From: Callorhinchus milii
Taxonomy: Eukaryota
Assembly (NCBI RefSeq): GCF_018977255.1
Contig: NW_024704743.1
Location: forward strand, 91,948,001 to 92,012,000
Length of the DNA stretch: 64,000 bases
Direction of reading: 5' to 3'
Positions 49,365-62,834 of this stretch are shown piece after piece. The notes under the pieces were generated by a model. That model searched no databases and was not told the origin of the DNA. It saw only the letters and a program-made list of their open reading frames with translations. How positions within the stretch are numbered: position 1 is the first letter of the stretch; every line of letters starts with the position of its first letter. A program made the translations under genes and the position numbers.

Positions 49365-49799
49365 AACAATATTCAAAGATCAAGCCAAAAATCAGACAAT
49401 CAGTAGGAATGGTCTTTGATTAAACTATTTTAATGTGACAAGCAACAAATCGTCTTTTGGGACTAGTAACTGTTACTAGTAACATTCTTACTGAATACAA
49501 TCTAAATCTGTATCACTGTTGGTTTTCTTTAGGTTTGCTACAACCTATTTACAGTGGGTGGGTGTAGTTCACTAATTTACATCGACAGCTGATAGAAAAT
49601 AAGAACCAACCTTCATTGACCCATGTGAGAACATGTAGCTGTTGTTGTAATGACTGTGCCCATAGCAGTGAAGCAGCGAATCACTCACTGGTTAATAATG
49701 ACAAATGACAAATGAAAATTACTCAAAGGATATTGATTCACTAAGAATGGTGGGCGATAGTGACAGGCCAGCGTTCAGATAGGAACCAGAAGCCAACCC

Positions 49800-50155
49800 C
49801 CCCACCCTTAATCCCTTCACATCTCACCCCACTTCTGTGATCTCTTCAAACCCTACCAACCTGGCCGTTCCCTTCACTCAGCAAATAACGGCCTCCTTCA
49901 TATACCCGCCCTATCTTTCCTATAAACGCCGGTGTTTGTTTCAGCCTATTTGCTCCTACTCTCTGGAACTCCATTGCAGTCCCTCTGATTCAATCCCTCC
50001 CTCACCTCAATCAAGGACCTTCTCAAGACATACCTTTTTGACCTTGCTTTCGGTCATTTTCTCCTCACCATTCCCTAAGCTCGGACGACATCCAGTACTA
50101 TTAAGCACTTTGGGACATCCTCCCGATATGAAGGACGATGTAAATGTAAATTTGG
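49800..50155 (+). mobile_element. Old L2 3' fragment
   Basis: ctctctggaactcc...tctcaagacatacctttttgacc...gggacatcctcccgatatgaagg. Confidence 0.7.
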
Positions 50156-50767
50156 ATTGGATTGCAAGTGGGAAATAAAACAAACAGAAGATAGAAGCTC
50201 ATAAAGATCCTGAGCCTCAACAAAGACAAAAACTGATGTATAGAATCAGGGAAAAAAGGAATTGCTTGTGCAGCAAGGTTTCTTAGCAACTAGTTTGGTT
50301 CTTCTTTCCTTCAATATTGACACAGTGGTGAGGCACATGAATCAATTTACTGATGAAACACACTCGTCATGAAAGTCTCAGACGCCAATCCGAATGACTT
50401 TGACTTTGTGAACCCAAATCTCAAACCAGATTTGGACCACATTTTTCCAACTTGAATTAATATGATTTTTATAATACAAAGAGGAATGAAACTAATCTAA
50501 CAAAACACTAGTTAATTTCTACAAGTCAAGATTTCAATTGTGAATCACTTTGCTCCTGGAAGTGATAAGGAATTGTTCAATTACTAGTATCTCTGTTAAA
50601 TCACTGTACAAATATTGGTCCAGAATGATGACTAAGAATGAGAAACCATGTTTTTTTATGGCTAGGTTGATGACTAGATAGTACTAGAAGGAAATGCTTA
50701 TTAGAAAGAATTTCACCTTTGGGAAGTATCCTCTTGATTTTTTTTNGTTGTCTCCCTAGAAGGACGC

Positions 50768-51230
50768 AACAACAACAAATTGCACTTATATTGCACCCTC
50801 CACTCAGGGAAGTGTCTCAGAGCACTTAACAGTGGTGGAGCATGACTACGAGCTGCAGGGGTGGGGCGGGAGGAAGTGGCCGTAAGCACGGTCAAAGAGG
50901 AAGGTTTCCAGGTAGGACTTGAAAAGGGGGAGGGAGGGGGCAAGGCGGAGGGATTGAGTGAGAATGTTCTAGAGTTTTGGGTTGTAGAGGCTGAAAGCGC
51001 GACCTCAGCTGGTGGGCAGGAGGCCAGTGCCAGTCGAGCAGAGGCGCCAAGTGGTGGATTAGGAAGTGAGGAGGTCAGAGAGGTAGGGAGGTACCAGAGA
51101 GTGAAGGGATTTCAACACAAGTGTGAGGATCTTAGATTAATTTGTTCAGTGATGGGAAGCCAATGGAGTCTGGCCAGAACTGGTGAGATGTGGGTGCAGA
51201 GTTTGGTCCAGCGAAGTGTGCAGCGCACCC
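50768..51230 (-). mobile_element. L2 3' fragment
   Basis: (CAA)n tail, agcacggtcaaagaggaaggtttccaggtagg, gggaagccaatggagt (HWLP on the minus strand). Confidence 0.85.
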
Positions 51231-51419
51231 TGCTTACCCTGCTTAGTATATTAGGCATAGGTTAGTGAGAACCAAAGCTTGGAGATCCCAGAGTGTGCAC
51301 TAGGGTAACTACTGAAGCTTAACCAGCTAATACCACCAACAACAACAAAATTACATTTGTAAAGTGCCTTTCATGTCGGAAGGTGCTGTAACCACATAGC
51401 TTACTACTGAAAGCACAGT

Positions 51420-51535
51420 CTCTCAATGTTCTGCTGATGAGCCAGGGTGGCTGGTCTGTCATTGGCAGTGCCCTGGAGTACTGCAGATCTGTCTTGCTTA
51501 GGAACCGTAGTTGTGAGACTGCATCAAAGTAGTCC
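51420..51535 (-). repeat. Family U fragment
   Basis: cagtgccctggagtactgcagatctgtc...aggaacc is the reverse complement of 20115-20157. Confidence 0.6.
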
Positions 51536-52474
51536 CTTGTTTTCAATATTTAACCCTTTCTAATTTGATTGTGATTTTACATAACATTTTAGCAATATTG
51601 GACAGGAAATTGTAACGTGATGTATTAATTGATGAAAAATGCACCTAGTCAATGTTTTAATGTATTTACTGGGATAAAGGTATGGACCTTCTTTGACCTG
51701 ATCACATTCTGAGAATCCAATACCAACATTCATAATCCAGGCTGACACCCAGTCCAGCAGTAGTGGAATGGTGCCTTGTCACAAGTGCCATCTTTCTGAC
51801 AGGATGTTAAACTGAGGTCCTATCTGCTAATCCTCATGTGGATGCTGACAATCCCATGACATTGTTCTCTAAATTTAAAGAAAGATAGATAACCCCTCCC
51901 CATTACTATATTGACATAAATTCCCAGAATTTTAATCCCAATTCTTCAGAATATTCTGTTCAAGATTTATGATACAAACCAGTAATTTCTACACTTACAC
52001 AATTGCCAGCTATTGTCCCAAATGCCTAATTAATGAAGGATTAACATGTCACAGCTAATTATCCAGACATATTCTGCAAATGCAATAAATAATACTTTGA
52101 GGGGAACACATTTTTACATTGGCTTAAATCATCTACAAGACAAATTGAAGTATATTTTAGGGCAATTTATTTCAAGCTCACACCTTAACATGTGAAAATT
52201 GTTATGCAAATATAAATTGTATTGAGTTGTACCATATAGATGTATTATGGTGTATCATAAAACAGAAACCCTGGCGCACAGTTTCTGGAACTGGTCTCCC
52301 CTTTCCCCATGAGATTCTACTCTAATATTCCAAAATAAACTTTCCTGCGTAACTGGGAAAGATTGATCATTCCTTCCAACCAGGATCAGAATTTAAGTTC
52401 CCACTTTGAAAATGTTTGCACTAGTGTTCACTAGACCTATGGTAACTAGTGGCAAATGCTGGTTATTCTGTATT

Positions 52475-52628
52475 GGTATTTAAAAAATAGAGGGATTAAG
52501 GGATATGGGGATAGGGCAGGTAATTAAAGTTAGGTCAGAAGATCAGCCATGATCTTATTGAATGGTGGGGCAGGCTCGAGGGATCGAATGGCCTACTCCT
52601 GCTCCTAATTCTTATGTTATTATGTTCT
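52475..52628 (+). mobile_element. CR1-type 3' end
   Basis: gatcagccatgatcttattgaatggtggggcaggctcgagggatcgaatggcctactcctgctcctaattcttatgtt. Confidence 0.88.
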
Positions 52629-53654
52629 GAAGTGGGACAGGCTAACATTAAGAAGCGCTAATTTCATTTAATGAATTAAGGGTGGTCGAATGATAATCTT
52701 GGTTTTGAAAAATATTTTGAAACATAAAGTCAGCAGTGCCAACCCAGTTATACCACAGCTCATGAGTTGATTTGATTCCTAAAATCACCGCTTGAGGTAA
52801 TTTTTGGAGCAAGTGTTAAAATTGAGTGTGGGCCTCTTTGCAGCTCACCAATACACTGAAACTGTGACCCACTTCCTGCAGACACAGCTTTGCTGTGGAA
52901 GGAAGAAGTGTGGTGCAATGCACCAAATTGTCACAAGTGCAATGCATAGGGGAAATGTGTTGTCTGGTAACATGAACTGATGATTATTTTCTTTCTCAAA
53001 TGGATCAGAACCGTAAGTGGGTGAAGCAGGCTGATTCCCATTGGGTTCAGTATTCAGTTTAAGATCAATCCCTAATATCATTCTTTTCTGATGTGACTGC
53101 AATTGTGAAATGAAAATGAGACTGTTGTGCACCAGGGAGAGCAAATTGAGAATCATATGTTCATGTTGCTTTTCATACATGCCGAATTCTCTTTCCCGTT
53201 AAGCAAATGACTAAAAATTCAGTAATAGGTGATTGAGAGGTACAACAACTTGTATTTATGTGAGTTGCACTGCATTGGGCAAATATTTTATCCATATCTT
53301 GTTTTAAGCGTTTGATGTAAATTGAATTTGAGTAGTCTCACCCAGTTCCTATTGAGCACAAGTTTCTTTACAAACAACCTCATTTGGCATTAAATACTCA
53401 ATCTCTCAGAGAGCTCACAAGAATGGGAGATGGAAAGAGATGGCTACTCCTTTCATGTTGAAATCTTGGGAATATTAGTCTGTAACTGGCTGTGTTATAT
53501 CTGAGGAAGAAATACTTTATCTTGGCACTGACTAGCTACCAAAGTAAAATTAATATCTCTCACTTCAGTGAACACAACTCACCCCCTCCACCAAAAACAA
53601 CCAACACTATAACAAGGTAATATCAAATTTACCCAATGTTATACCATGATGTTG

Positions 53655-53945
53655 AAGGTGCTGTCCTTCAGATTAGATGTTAAAGCAAGATCCTGTCTGC
53701 TTGTTGAGGTGGACATGAAAGATTTCATTGCACTATTTCAATATGAGAAGGGAATTTCTCCTGGTATCCTAGTCAACAACCCCCCAGATAAAATCGACCA
53801 TTCACTTCATGACTGCTTGTGGAACATTGCTGTTTGCAAATTCTCTGCCATGTTTGCCTACAGTCATTGTACCTTACAGTAAATCCTATGAAGCTCTTTG
53901 AAATGTCCTCCCAATATGAAAGGCATTATATCAGATGTAGGAAAT
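53655..53945 (+). mobile_element. Deu-SINE, 5'-truncated
   Basis: ccttcagattagatgttaaagc...ggtggacatgaaagatttcattgcactatt...aaggcattatatc. Confidence 0.75.
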
Positions 53946-54659
53946 TAATGTATGAAATGATTAAGTACCACTTCTCACTGTGAGATGATGTGTACATAAC
54001 CTAGCCCAATTTTAGCCCTACATGAAGAACAGTAGCATTATCCATTCATTGTATGTGAAAATTATGCTGTGTTAAATTTGTATTTTTAATAACTTGGCAT
54101 GACAATAAAATTGTTGTATCTAACCATCTAATCCTCAGACACAGTGGCTGCATTGCATTCAGATACAATAATCTATATTGTTGTATGCAGTAACCTTTAT
54201 AACTTAAATCTAGAAATAGAGGAAAATGTGCCCTCAATAAAACTATACTGATGTCATATTCACAGAACCGGAAGAGAAATACAAATTATACATGCAAAAT
54301 AATCTAACTGTCAAAATTATATGAAGAAATATGTTATTTCTGCAATATCTAGGGCAAAAAGAACTGTTCAAACAATTCTAATACTAAGCAATCATAGATG
54401 TAATAGAAAACCTAATCTTTTCTTTGTAACAGCATGTTAACACAATTTTTCCTTATTGCATGCTTTGAGCCAATTATTACATCTCAAATATGTACTTGTG
54501 AATTTCAAGATATTGGGGATTAAAATTACTCTGTGTGGTCATTGGATAAAAAACCTAAGAGCAGAAAAGAACATAACACAATACTTGGAAAAGGGAAATA
54601 AAACTGCTCCATTGATAGCAATAATAAACTTGTTTTGGAATTTTCTACTTCCATAGGAA

Positions 54660-55045
54660 CAGGAGCCAGGATAGAGATTATTTCCAATCAGCTACTTGTT
54701 AACCATGCAGGCCAAAGCTCTAACTGTTAGGATGATCCCAGGTTTACAAGCAATGGGAAGTTTGCAGACAGCATTTTTAGTGGCAAGCTACTGGTTTTAG
54801 TCGGTGAAACTCCAGAAGCACCACAACCCTCATCCTGGGGTCCTCAAACCTTGTTTAACACCGAACTATGCCTAATAGTTTCTGGAATTAGGTAAGCAGG
54901 GTGATCCCTCCAGTAAGAAAGTGTGCATTACATTCCAGATACAGGGAAATTTACATGTGTAGATGGCATACATATGTGGAACTCTCAATCTCGTTTGGGT
55001 TCGCTTAAGCACAGTGATGGGTTTCCACATGTGTCAAACACTCAA
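54660..55045 (+). repeat. Family U, 3' two-thirds
   Basis: tttctggaattaggtaagcagg...cttaagcacagtgatgggtttccacatgtgtc. Confidence 0.75.
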
Positions 55046-55189
55046 AAGTGTCTTAAAACCAATTTTTGTGTGGAGAAATATTTTCTGATCTTACTTTGAA
55101 TTGACTCATTATTAATATTCCATTCACTAACAGAATGAAGGGCTGACCTCCAGTTAACTTGTCAACTCTCCTAAGATTATGTTGGCATT

Positions 55190-55530
55190 TCACTGTTTTT
55201 ATACTGCAAATTCCTTGTTATAAAACCCAGCATCACATTAGTCTTTTTCATTACTTTCTGTATCTGCAATATATATTTTGATAACTTTTGTACTTGGAAT
55301 ACTAATATCTTTTTGTTCATCTTCCTCCTATAGTGATTCCCCATTTAGAATGTATATCCATCTGCCATTCTTATATATACTGAGTGCTCTACCTCACACT
55401 TTGTGATGTTGTTGATCCCCATTTGCCACAGTTCTGTCCATTCATTTAATCTGGCAATGTCCTTTGTAATTTTCTCCTCTCTTCCCAATTTACTACATCT
55501 CCTAGTTTAGTGTCATCAGCAAAATTGGAT
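55190..55530 (-). mobile_element. Old CR1 RT fragment, followed by a SINE tail at 55533-55592
   Basis: The reverse complement of cctagtttagtgtcatcagcaaa encodes FADDTKLG. Confidence 0.7.
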
Positions 55531-56690
55531 ATAAATAATAATAATCCTTACATTTGAAATAGCGCCTTTCACATCAGGAGGACGTTTCAAAGTAGAGAGA
55601 CTGCATTTTCTGTGGATGAGAGGATACTATACTCCTCTCTATTCCGATATCCAGGTTAATTATATGCAGCATCAAATATATATCATACTATATATAAATG
55701 ACCTGGATATAATTTCCGGTAAAAATTGATGAAGTTAAAATAATTTGGTCTTAATTGAAACTAGAAAATGAGGCAATTCCCAACACTAAGGTTTTCCGAT
55801 TGGGAATTAAAGCATATTGCATTAAGTAGATTAATGCAGTATCTCATTCAATTTGTTCTAATATACTGGAAACCTTTTGAAACAGTAATTCTCAGGCTGT
55901 TGCTCTGAAATATTTCCATCAGAAAATCTTGCAGTTATATTGTTAGTTCTGAAAACAAAAGTATAATACACATTTGTTGTTACTTAGAAGATCAATTTAC
56001 TCTCAAGGGACCAAAATTCAATCTTTTGAGCCCCCAAATCAATATTTCATTGGGTGTAAGAAGGTATAGTTTTACGTTTGTAAGCCATTGAGAGAGATAT
56101 AAATAACTATTTTGAACATTTTTTGTCTTTGTAAACTGAGAGACTGACACACATGGAATCATTGACATGCTTAAATGCAATTTGTTTTATTTGGGTGTCT
56201 GAAGAGATTGCTTGACATTAATTGGAAGCATAAAGTATGCAATTGAAACATACATAACGTGAAGGAGCAATAATTGGACATATCTGCTAAAGAAGAGCAA
56301 GATACAGTATCTAGTGGGAATACAATGGATTGTATGAATCATAGAATTTTAACAATTACAACATTAACAACAGATTTAACAACAAGCTTAATTAAACATA
56401 AATTCCCTCATCAGGGCTCAGATGACCATGTCAAAATGAGCACTCTTAAATTTAGTGGTGGAAGAAAATAAACTGCAACAAATTACTAGTGCAGACTAAG
56501 TAGAGCTAGGTTAATTTTTGCGATGTGAGTGGGCTTCCAATCGATCAGTTAAAAGTTTTTGATGTTTTAAAAATATCTAACATAAATCCCCAGAGCTAAA
56601 TCCAAATATATCTATTAAGGATCGAAAGCAGAGGTTCTAAAATTACTTATTAAATTAACTTGATTTCCAATTGCAGAGTCAAAAGTACTT

Positions 56691-56752
56691 CATTAATAGC
56701 AAGCATTAAATTGTGATAAATATTTATCACAATTCAATGCTTGCTATTAATG
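56691..56752. repeat. 62-bp spacerless palindrome
   Basis: cattaatagcaagcattaaattgtgataaat|atttatcacaattcaatgcttgctattaatg, 30/31 paired. Confidence 0.95.
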
Positions 56753-57430
56753 GTCTTTTTCATCTAGCATTTCTTATATTCTTGTGTTCTTAAGCCAAAA
56801 TTATTCTTTCAGTATAAAATCTCCAGCCTACTAGCTGAAAATAAATAAAAGGATGTTTGCTTTGTTCAAGGGGTTTTGTTTTGAAAAGATGCCTAGAAGT
56901 CTGATGGTATACTGTAGCTTCATTAGAGATTCTGTTCATTATGCAAATCCAACGCAGGTACAAAGCAATTAGTCATGAGTCTTTGCTGGTTTAATTGGAA
57001 GACGTGAAATGTTTTAACAGAAATACAATGTATATGTGCTCAAAATGTTATGATTGGGATGTACATCTGGTGAATAGATGTTAATATTTACAGCCATTTT
57101 CACCACAGAAAGGAGAATACTCTTTCTTATGTTATTACCTCTGCACTATTAAGGAACCATTTGAATTAGACGACAATGCATTGGATGTAAAGTGAGAGGC
57201 TTTCACTTACTGAGAGCGGTACTGTTTTTTCTGCATAAAGGGCAGGCTGCAAATTCATTGTGCTCAATTGTTTGTTGATAAATATTGTATATTAAGCTAA
57301 TTTTTTCCAATTAGTGCCCATAATTAGCAAGTTCTTTCTCATGCTACCATTTATAACAAGATGCTAACTGGTTCTGATTCTAGTGCCAGTGAAATTCAGA
57401 AATACAGTGAAATTAATAGTCTTACAGCAC

Positions 57431-57550
57431 AATAAAATAATAATAATCCTTGCATTTGATATAATGCCTTATGACACTGTCGCGATATCTCAAAGCACTT
57501 TACAGAATATACTGTAAAGTGTAGTGACTGTATATTTTGTGGGCAAAACA
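57431..57550 (-). mobile_element. SINE 3' fragment, followed by an old L2 3' fragment 57570-57800 (+)
   Basis: aataataatccttgcatttgatat...cagaatatactgtaaagtg. Confidence 0.8.
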
Positions 57551-59244
57551 CTTTGGGATTTTTGATGCCCCAGCACGCTCTGCCCCACCATTCCAGGGTG
57601 AACCTTCAGCCACTTTGCCTCTTCTCTTTGAAAATATGTCCTGAAAACCCTTCCCTATCTGCTCTGAAGTCCCACCTGATGACCTATATTTTGACGGCCT
57701 CCTTCCCTCCCAGATCAAATTCCCCACTCAGCCTTTGAAAGTGTTTTGACACCCTCTTCCAGTGTGAAAGGCGTTGTACAGTAAAGTGGAAATATTTATT
57801 GTTGAAACACTAAAATGAGGTTTGATTTGCCTGTTTAGTTGGATGTTAATGATCCCATGACATTAGAGGAAGAGAGAGGAGGGATTTTCTGGTATCCTGG
57901 ATGGCAATCCAACAGAGTAGTTGGTCAGTTTTTGATTCCTTGATAATGCAAATGGTGGGTGCATTTGTCTGCAAAAGACAGTAACTGCACTTGACAGTAA
58001 TTACAGTGCAGCCTCACTGTAACACTTCTTTATAATGTTTTGTTAGAGCACTGTTGCGGTGTGGAATGTATGCCGGCCAACTTTCACACTAAAATAACCA
58101 ACTTCTGGGTCGATAGGTCACTGACAACGTCATTTGTTGTGAATGTGCAAAGCAAAATATAATGTCGGTTTTAAGCCCATGACCTGGAAGCTGGCCAATT
58201 TAGCTTCCTTTGCTAATAAAAATGGCCAACCTCTGGATCACTAGGTTTCCACCAACATCACTTCCTGCTTGCGTAGGAAATCTTGTTAGCAGTGAACTGA
58301 TGACCTTCAAATAAGCCATTTTTATTTTAGTACAGGAACCAATTGGCATACAGAAAGCGAGTTGATTGGTTGCATCGCAAAACTGACTACTAAACTTCAT
58401 TAGAGCACAAATTGTAAATTTATGGATTTCCACCTCACATTATAACTTGCTTTGCTGTACTGTGAAGTGCTTTGAGATATTTTGACCAATAATGTGGTTT
58501 AATAATGCAGGTTCTATCAAGTTCTTTCTAAGTGCAGATCCAATGATTTGTACACATTGTCCTACGCAGAAATAAACCATGTAATGTTCATATAACTAAA
58601 TGCTGATTATGTCTTCATAGTGTAATTAATCTAGGATCACCTCTTGTCACCCACCTCTGTGTCAGGCAGAAACTTTACCCCTTTATAATGTACCATACAG
58701 TTTTACAAACAATAGCTCTTTATCGGGACACAAGTAAAAGCACGTTTCCAAGTGTTATGAAACATTGGACACAATCGTGCTGTCAACCATTGACCTGCAG
58801 TAGTTGAGCACATTGTGTGAACAATAAAGCTATGGCTGTTTCAGCAGATTACACATCGGCAACTGATTTAACATAGTGAAAGAAGCTAATCCATTCCAGC
58901 AATGCACTAATTTCCCAATACAAGAATCATAGCATTTCAAATCAGGACTGTTTACTCATGGCTGCACATGGCTTAATGTTATACCCACTGACATCCTTTT
59001 CTTTCAGCTCAAAACGACTGAATGACCCATAGCTTTAGTATTGTGACATAAGGTATTGCACCCCAGCCTATTGTATCACACATAACCTATTATTTTCTTG
59101 TCATCCAGTTGCACATAACTAAAACTGATGCAGCAGTACATCAGAAATATAGTTAATCCACTAAATTGCTTTATTGCACATAAAAGGCAGGTTTATAGTT
59201 GTCTATTTGCCCCAGTAGTCCATCATGTTGAAAGTCATGATACA

Positions 59245-59545
59245 GAACTCTCATCTGAATCAGAAGGCTGTGAGTTCTAGCCCCACATCAGGTCTTTGAA
59301 CTCACAAGTCTAGGCTGATGCTCCAATACAATACTGGGTGTGTCTGATTTGTTGGAGGGGCTGCCTTCGGATGGGACATTAAACCCAGGTGGACATTAAA
59401 GATTTCATGACACTATTCGAAAAGAGAAGGGAGTTTCACCCAGTGTTCTGACCAACAATCCCACAGCTAAATTTGGTAACTCAATTTATAGGTATTTGTT
59501 GAGTATTGCTGAGTGCAAATTGGCTGCCGCATTTGCCTACAGAAT
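59245..59545 (+). mobile_element. tRNA-Deu SINE whose 3' end abuts an L2 fragment (59548-59790, -)
   Basis: tctgaatcagaaggctgtgagttctagccccac...ggtggacattaaagatttcatgacactattcg...ttggctgccgcatttgcctac. Confidence 0.85.
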
Positions 59546-60764
59546 ATACAACAACAACTTGCATTTACATAGTATCCTTCACAGAGGAAGCGTATTGGAA
59601 TGCTTCCTTTAGCTGGCGAGAGGGGGAGGTGAACCGAAGCATAGTCAAAGAGGAAAGTCTGCAGATGCAATCAGAGGGGTATCAGTATGCTGGATCCAGC
59701 TGAGCACCACTGGTGGTTGGTGGACTGGGATGTAAGCAGTTCGGAGAGGTAGGGAGCTGCCAAGGCATGAGCGTGAGGATCTTCTAATCAATCCGTGATA
59801 AGAGTATGGAGTTTGGTGTCGTTGAGGGAATGAGTGGCAGAATTTTCAATTAATTGTGGAGATCCTCGAGGAGGGCACAACACTTTATAATTAATCCTGT
59901 GAAGTCCTTTGACGTGGCCAAATATTATTATTATATTGTTTCTGGTGGCCATGCAGCAGTTACTCTGTTAGAGAGCTATTTAGACACATTACTTTCTCAG
60001 TCCTGGGACTGCAGAGCATAAAGTGTTCATGGGGCCATTCTCCTGATTTTTCTATCTTGTGTGGCCGGTACAGCCTAATATGAAAGAAGATTGAGTCAAG
60101 TAAACATTGTATGGCCCTTTGAATACAAGAAAGTGTTATATGAAACCGAAATCTTCTTTTTTAAGTATTACTGAAAGGGACCACATCTATAGTTACTGGA
60201 CATTAATAATAATAATCCTTGCATTTGATACAGTGCCTTATCACATCATAAAAATGTCTCAAAGCGCTTTGTATGATTAAATTGCTGATCAGTTTATCAC
60301 AGTGTTTACCTTCCTTGTTCCCATGGCAACATTACACCACATTACTGAAATTATCTAGATTGACTTTATGGGATCAAAGTATAGGTAATGGTTTGGTTTC
60401 TCTCTGCTGGGTAATCGAGGTCAACAGCTAGATATCAAGTAAACATTTCACTTCTAATTGGAAATAGATAGTTGTTATTTTCAATCTCTTAGCTCATTTA
60501 AAGTCAATGCAATTCATAGTCTGAAGTCATTTTCTTTAAGCTAATATTTTATGCAAAAATAATAGCTTTATTCTGTGTATCACATATGTGTGGGTAACAC
60601 AAAATATTAGTGATTATGGCAACTGAGGTGATAAAGAAATCATATGATTTTCAATACAACTTTGTATTGATCTTATTTATAGTACTTCTGTGTTACTTAA
60701 AAGAGAAGAAAAGTGCAGTGGGAGTATTGTTTGTTCATAGAGTAAAAAGCTATATTTAATAATA

Positions 60765-60935
60765 ACCATAATAATCCTTGCATTTGACATAGCACCTTAT
60801 TGAAACATCTCAAAGTGCTACACAAATTCACTGTAACGTATAGAGACCGTATTTTGTAGGCAAACATGGAAGCCGGTTTGTGCACAGCGATGTCCTACAA
60901 ACAGCCTTGAAATGAAATGACTGATTTTATCTTGG
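60765..60935 (-). mobile_element. SINE 3' fragment (another tail at 60204-60270)
   Basis: ataatccttgcatttgacatagcacc...gtgcacagcgatgtcctacaaacagcc. Confidence 0.75.
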
Positions 60936-62057
60936 GGATATTTCTGAAGGTATAGTGAGGAACTGCAGAATGTGATGTCCTAATTACCTCCAGTGATAAT
61001 TAGTTGCATTGTGTCCTTAACAACCTGTCATTGATGACAGATTTGGGACTGAATTCCACCCCCCCTCCTCCCCCCACCCACCCACACCTCAATTCCTGTA
61101 TTTGAACCTTTGTTTCGATTTCACACACCAGTTGAACATCTTCATTTTGTATCATTTTTCTCCTTGTGTCATATTGTGGAGTGAAAGCATTGCCATAGCT
61201 TATTGACACTGTCGCGTTTCTAGCTACGACACTCCTTACGTTTTCAAAATTGGCCCCAAATGATGTGGTAGAAAACAAAAGTGCTGAACTGTAGGTTCAA
61301 ATCCTGGTCTGTAGCTTGAACCCTCAACCTTCTAACCCAGAGGAGACAGTGCTCCCAAACAAGCTGCAACGACAGTGGCAAATGTTAAAAATATTGTTTA
61401 TGTTTTTAATTAATCACATTGTAGCCTTAAAAAGTATTAAAATATTTCCATAATTTATAAACATTTGCGTCTGTGGAACACTCCACTGTAAACTAATGAA
61501 GAGACTATCAATATAATCAAGATTTGTAAACTAATGTGAGTTATCAATTGTGGCTGAGTACAGGATTATTTCTCTATTTCAAGGTTCATCAATTAGGATG
61601 TGACCTCTATCTTTCTTGACTTTTCTGTCTGGATGGAGTTGCTGCAGAATCTATGGAGCCTAAAGTAGAAATGTGTCCTGTAATTGACTGTAGCAAATGG
61701 CCTGCATTATCAAGCACAACTTTTGTTCCCTTTCAGAGTCTACATGAATTTGTCTGCACAAAACAGTAAAGCCAGAGAACTCAATCACAGTCATATGCTT
61801 CATTGACAGCTTATAAAGAAGTATTTAACTCATCAATTATATTGGTGCTTTGGGAATATCAATTTTGTTACACAAAATGATAATGCTCTGCACAATTCCT
61901 GCATGGAGATACATTTATGAAACACGGAAGTTTCAATTCAGCTACTGACTAAATATGACTTGCAATTTTATATTCCATATTATATCAGAATAATGCTTGA
62001 ATATATCACAAATTGCTTTATACAATAAATTAATTAAGCTACAGTGACAGCTACTGT

Positions 62058-62290
62058 CTAAGACCGAGGCCTTCCTAATTGGCTCCCGTCAGCGCCTCCA
62101 CACCTCGGGCACTGACAGCATCCCCATCCAAGGATGCACACTCAACCTCACTGAGCCAGTCCAAATTACATTTGTATAGCGCCTTTCATGTTGGGAGGAC
62201 ATCCCAAGGCGCTAGACAGTCAGGGATTTGGACCCGAGCTGGGGGTCGGGATCAGGGAGGGTGGAGGGCAGGGTGGGTAGGAGGGTGGCA
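62058..62290. mobile_element. L2 RT fragment (+, 62058-62160) abutting an L2 3' end (-, 62162-62290)
   Basis: KTEAFLIGSRQRL...LNLTEP, then ttacatttgtatagcgcctttcatgttgggaggacatcccaagg. Confidence 0.75.
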
Positions 62291-62641
62291 TGTGATAGAT
62301 CCTATTATTTAAACTTATCCAATGTAGGATCCTCACAATCACAAGAGAGAGGAATATTAGACCATCATGGGTTGAATTGGATTTGAGTTCAAAAGTTCCA
62401 GAAGTGACGAGGCACTGTTCCAATCCATTGTGTTTCATGTTCCCTCTGACTAAAAAAGTTGACAGTGCTGAGTGAGGTAATCTGTAGCAGTCAATCCAAT
62501 ATAGGAATATAGAAGTGAAATTTACAATGATTCATAATATATTCATAGCAAAAAATGGAAATCAGGAATAGGCGGAGACCTTTCAGCTTTATTCTTTATG
62601 ATAATTATTAAGAAATGTCCCAAATTTTGAACCATATTCAT

Positions 62642-62834
62642 GGGATGTAATTTGTGATATTCACAAACCAAGATTTATTGCATAAATTGCAGCCTCTGGT
62701 TTGTGAAATTGCTGTTCGTTTTGCCTCCAGGTCTGTTTTGGACTCTGTCGTGATTATTTCAGGCTGGAAACCACAAACAAGAAATTACAATTAATACAAC
62801 TGCCTTCAATTTGTGAATATTACAAATTAGACCC
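62642..62834. mobile_element. MITE-like foldback element, family M2
   Basis: taatttgtgatattcacaaa (62648-62667) versus tttgtgaatattacaaatta (62810-62829): 19/20 inverted match, flanked by ggg and ccc. Confidence 0.65.

Noticed and set aside
49462..49484. Overlapping short palindromes (actagtaactgttactagtaaca)
   Set aside because: Too short to separate from chance or local slippage.
62058..62290. Twin-priming L2 inversion
   Set aside because: The fragments are tail-to-tail, not the 5'-inverted geometry. More likely two separate insertions.
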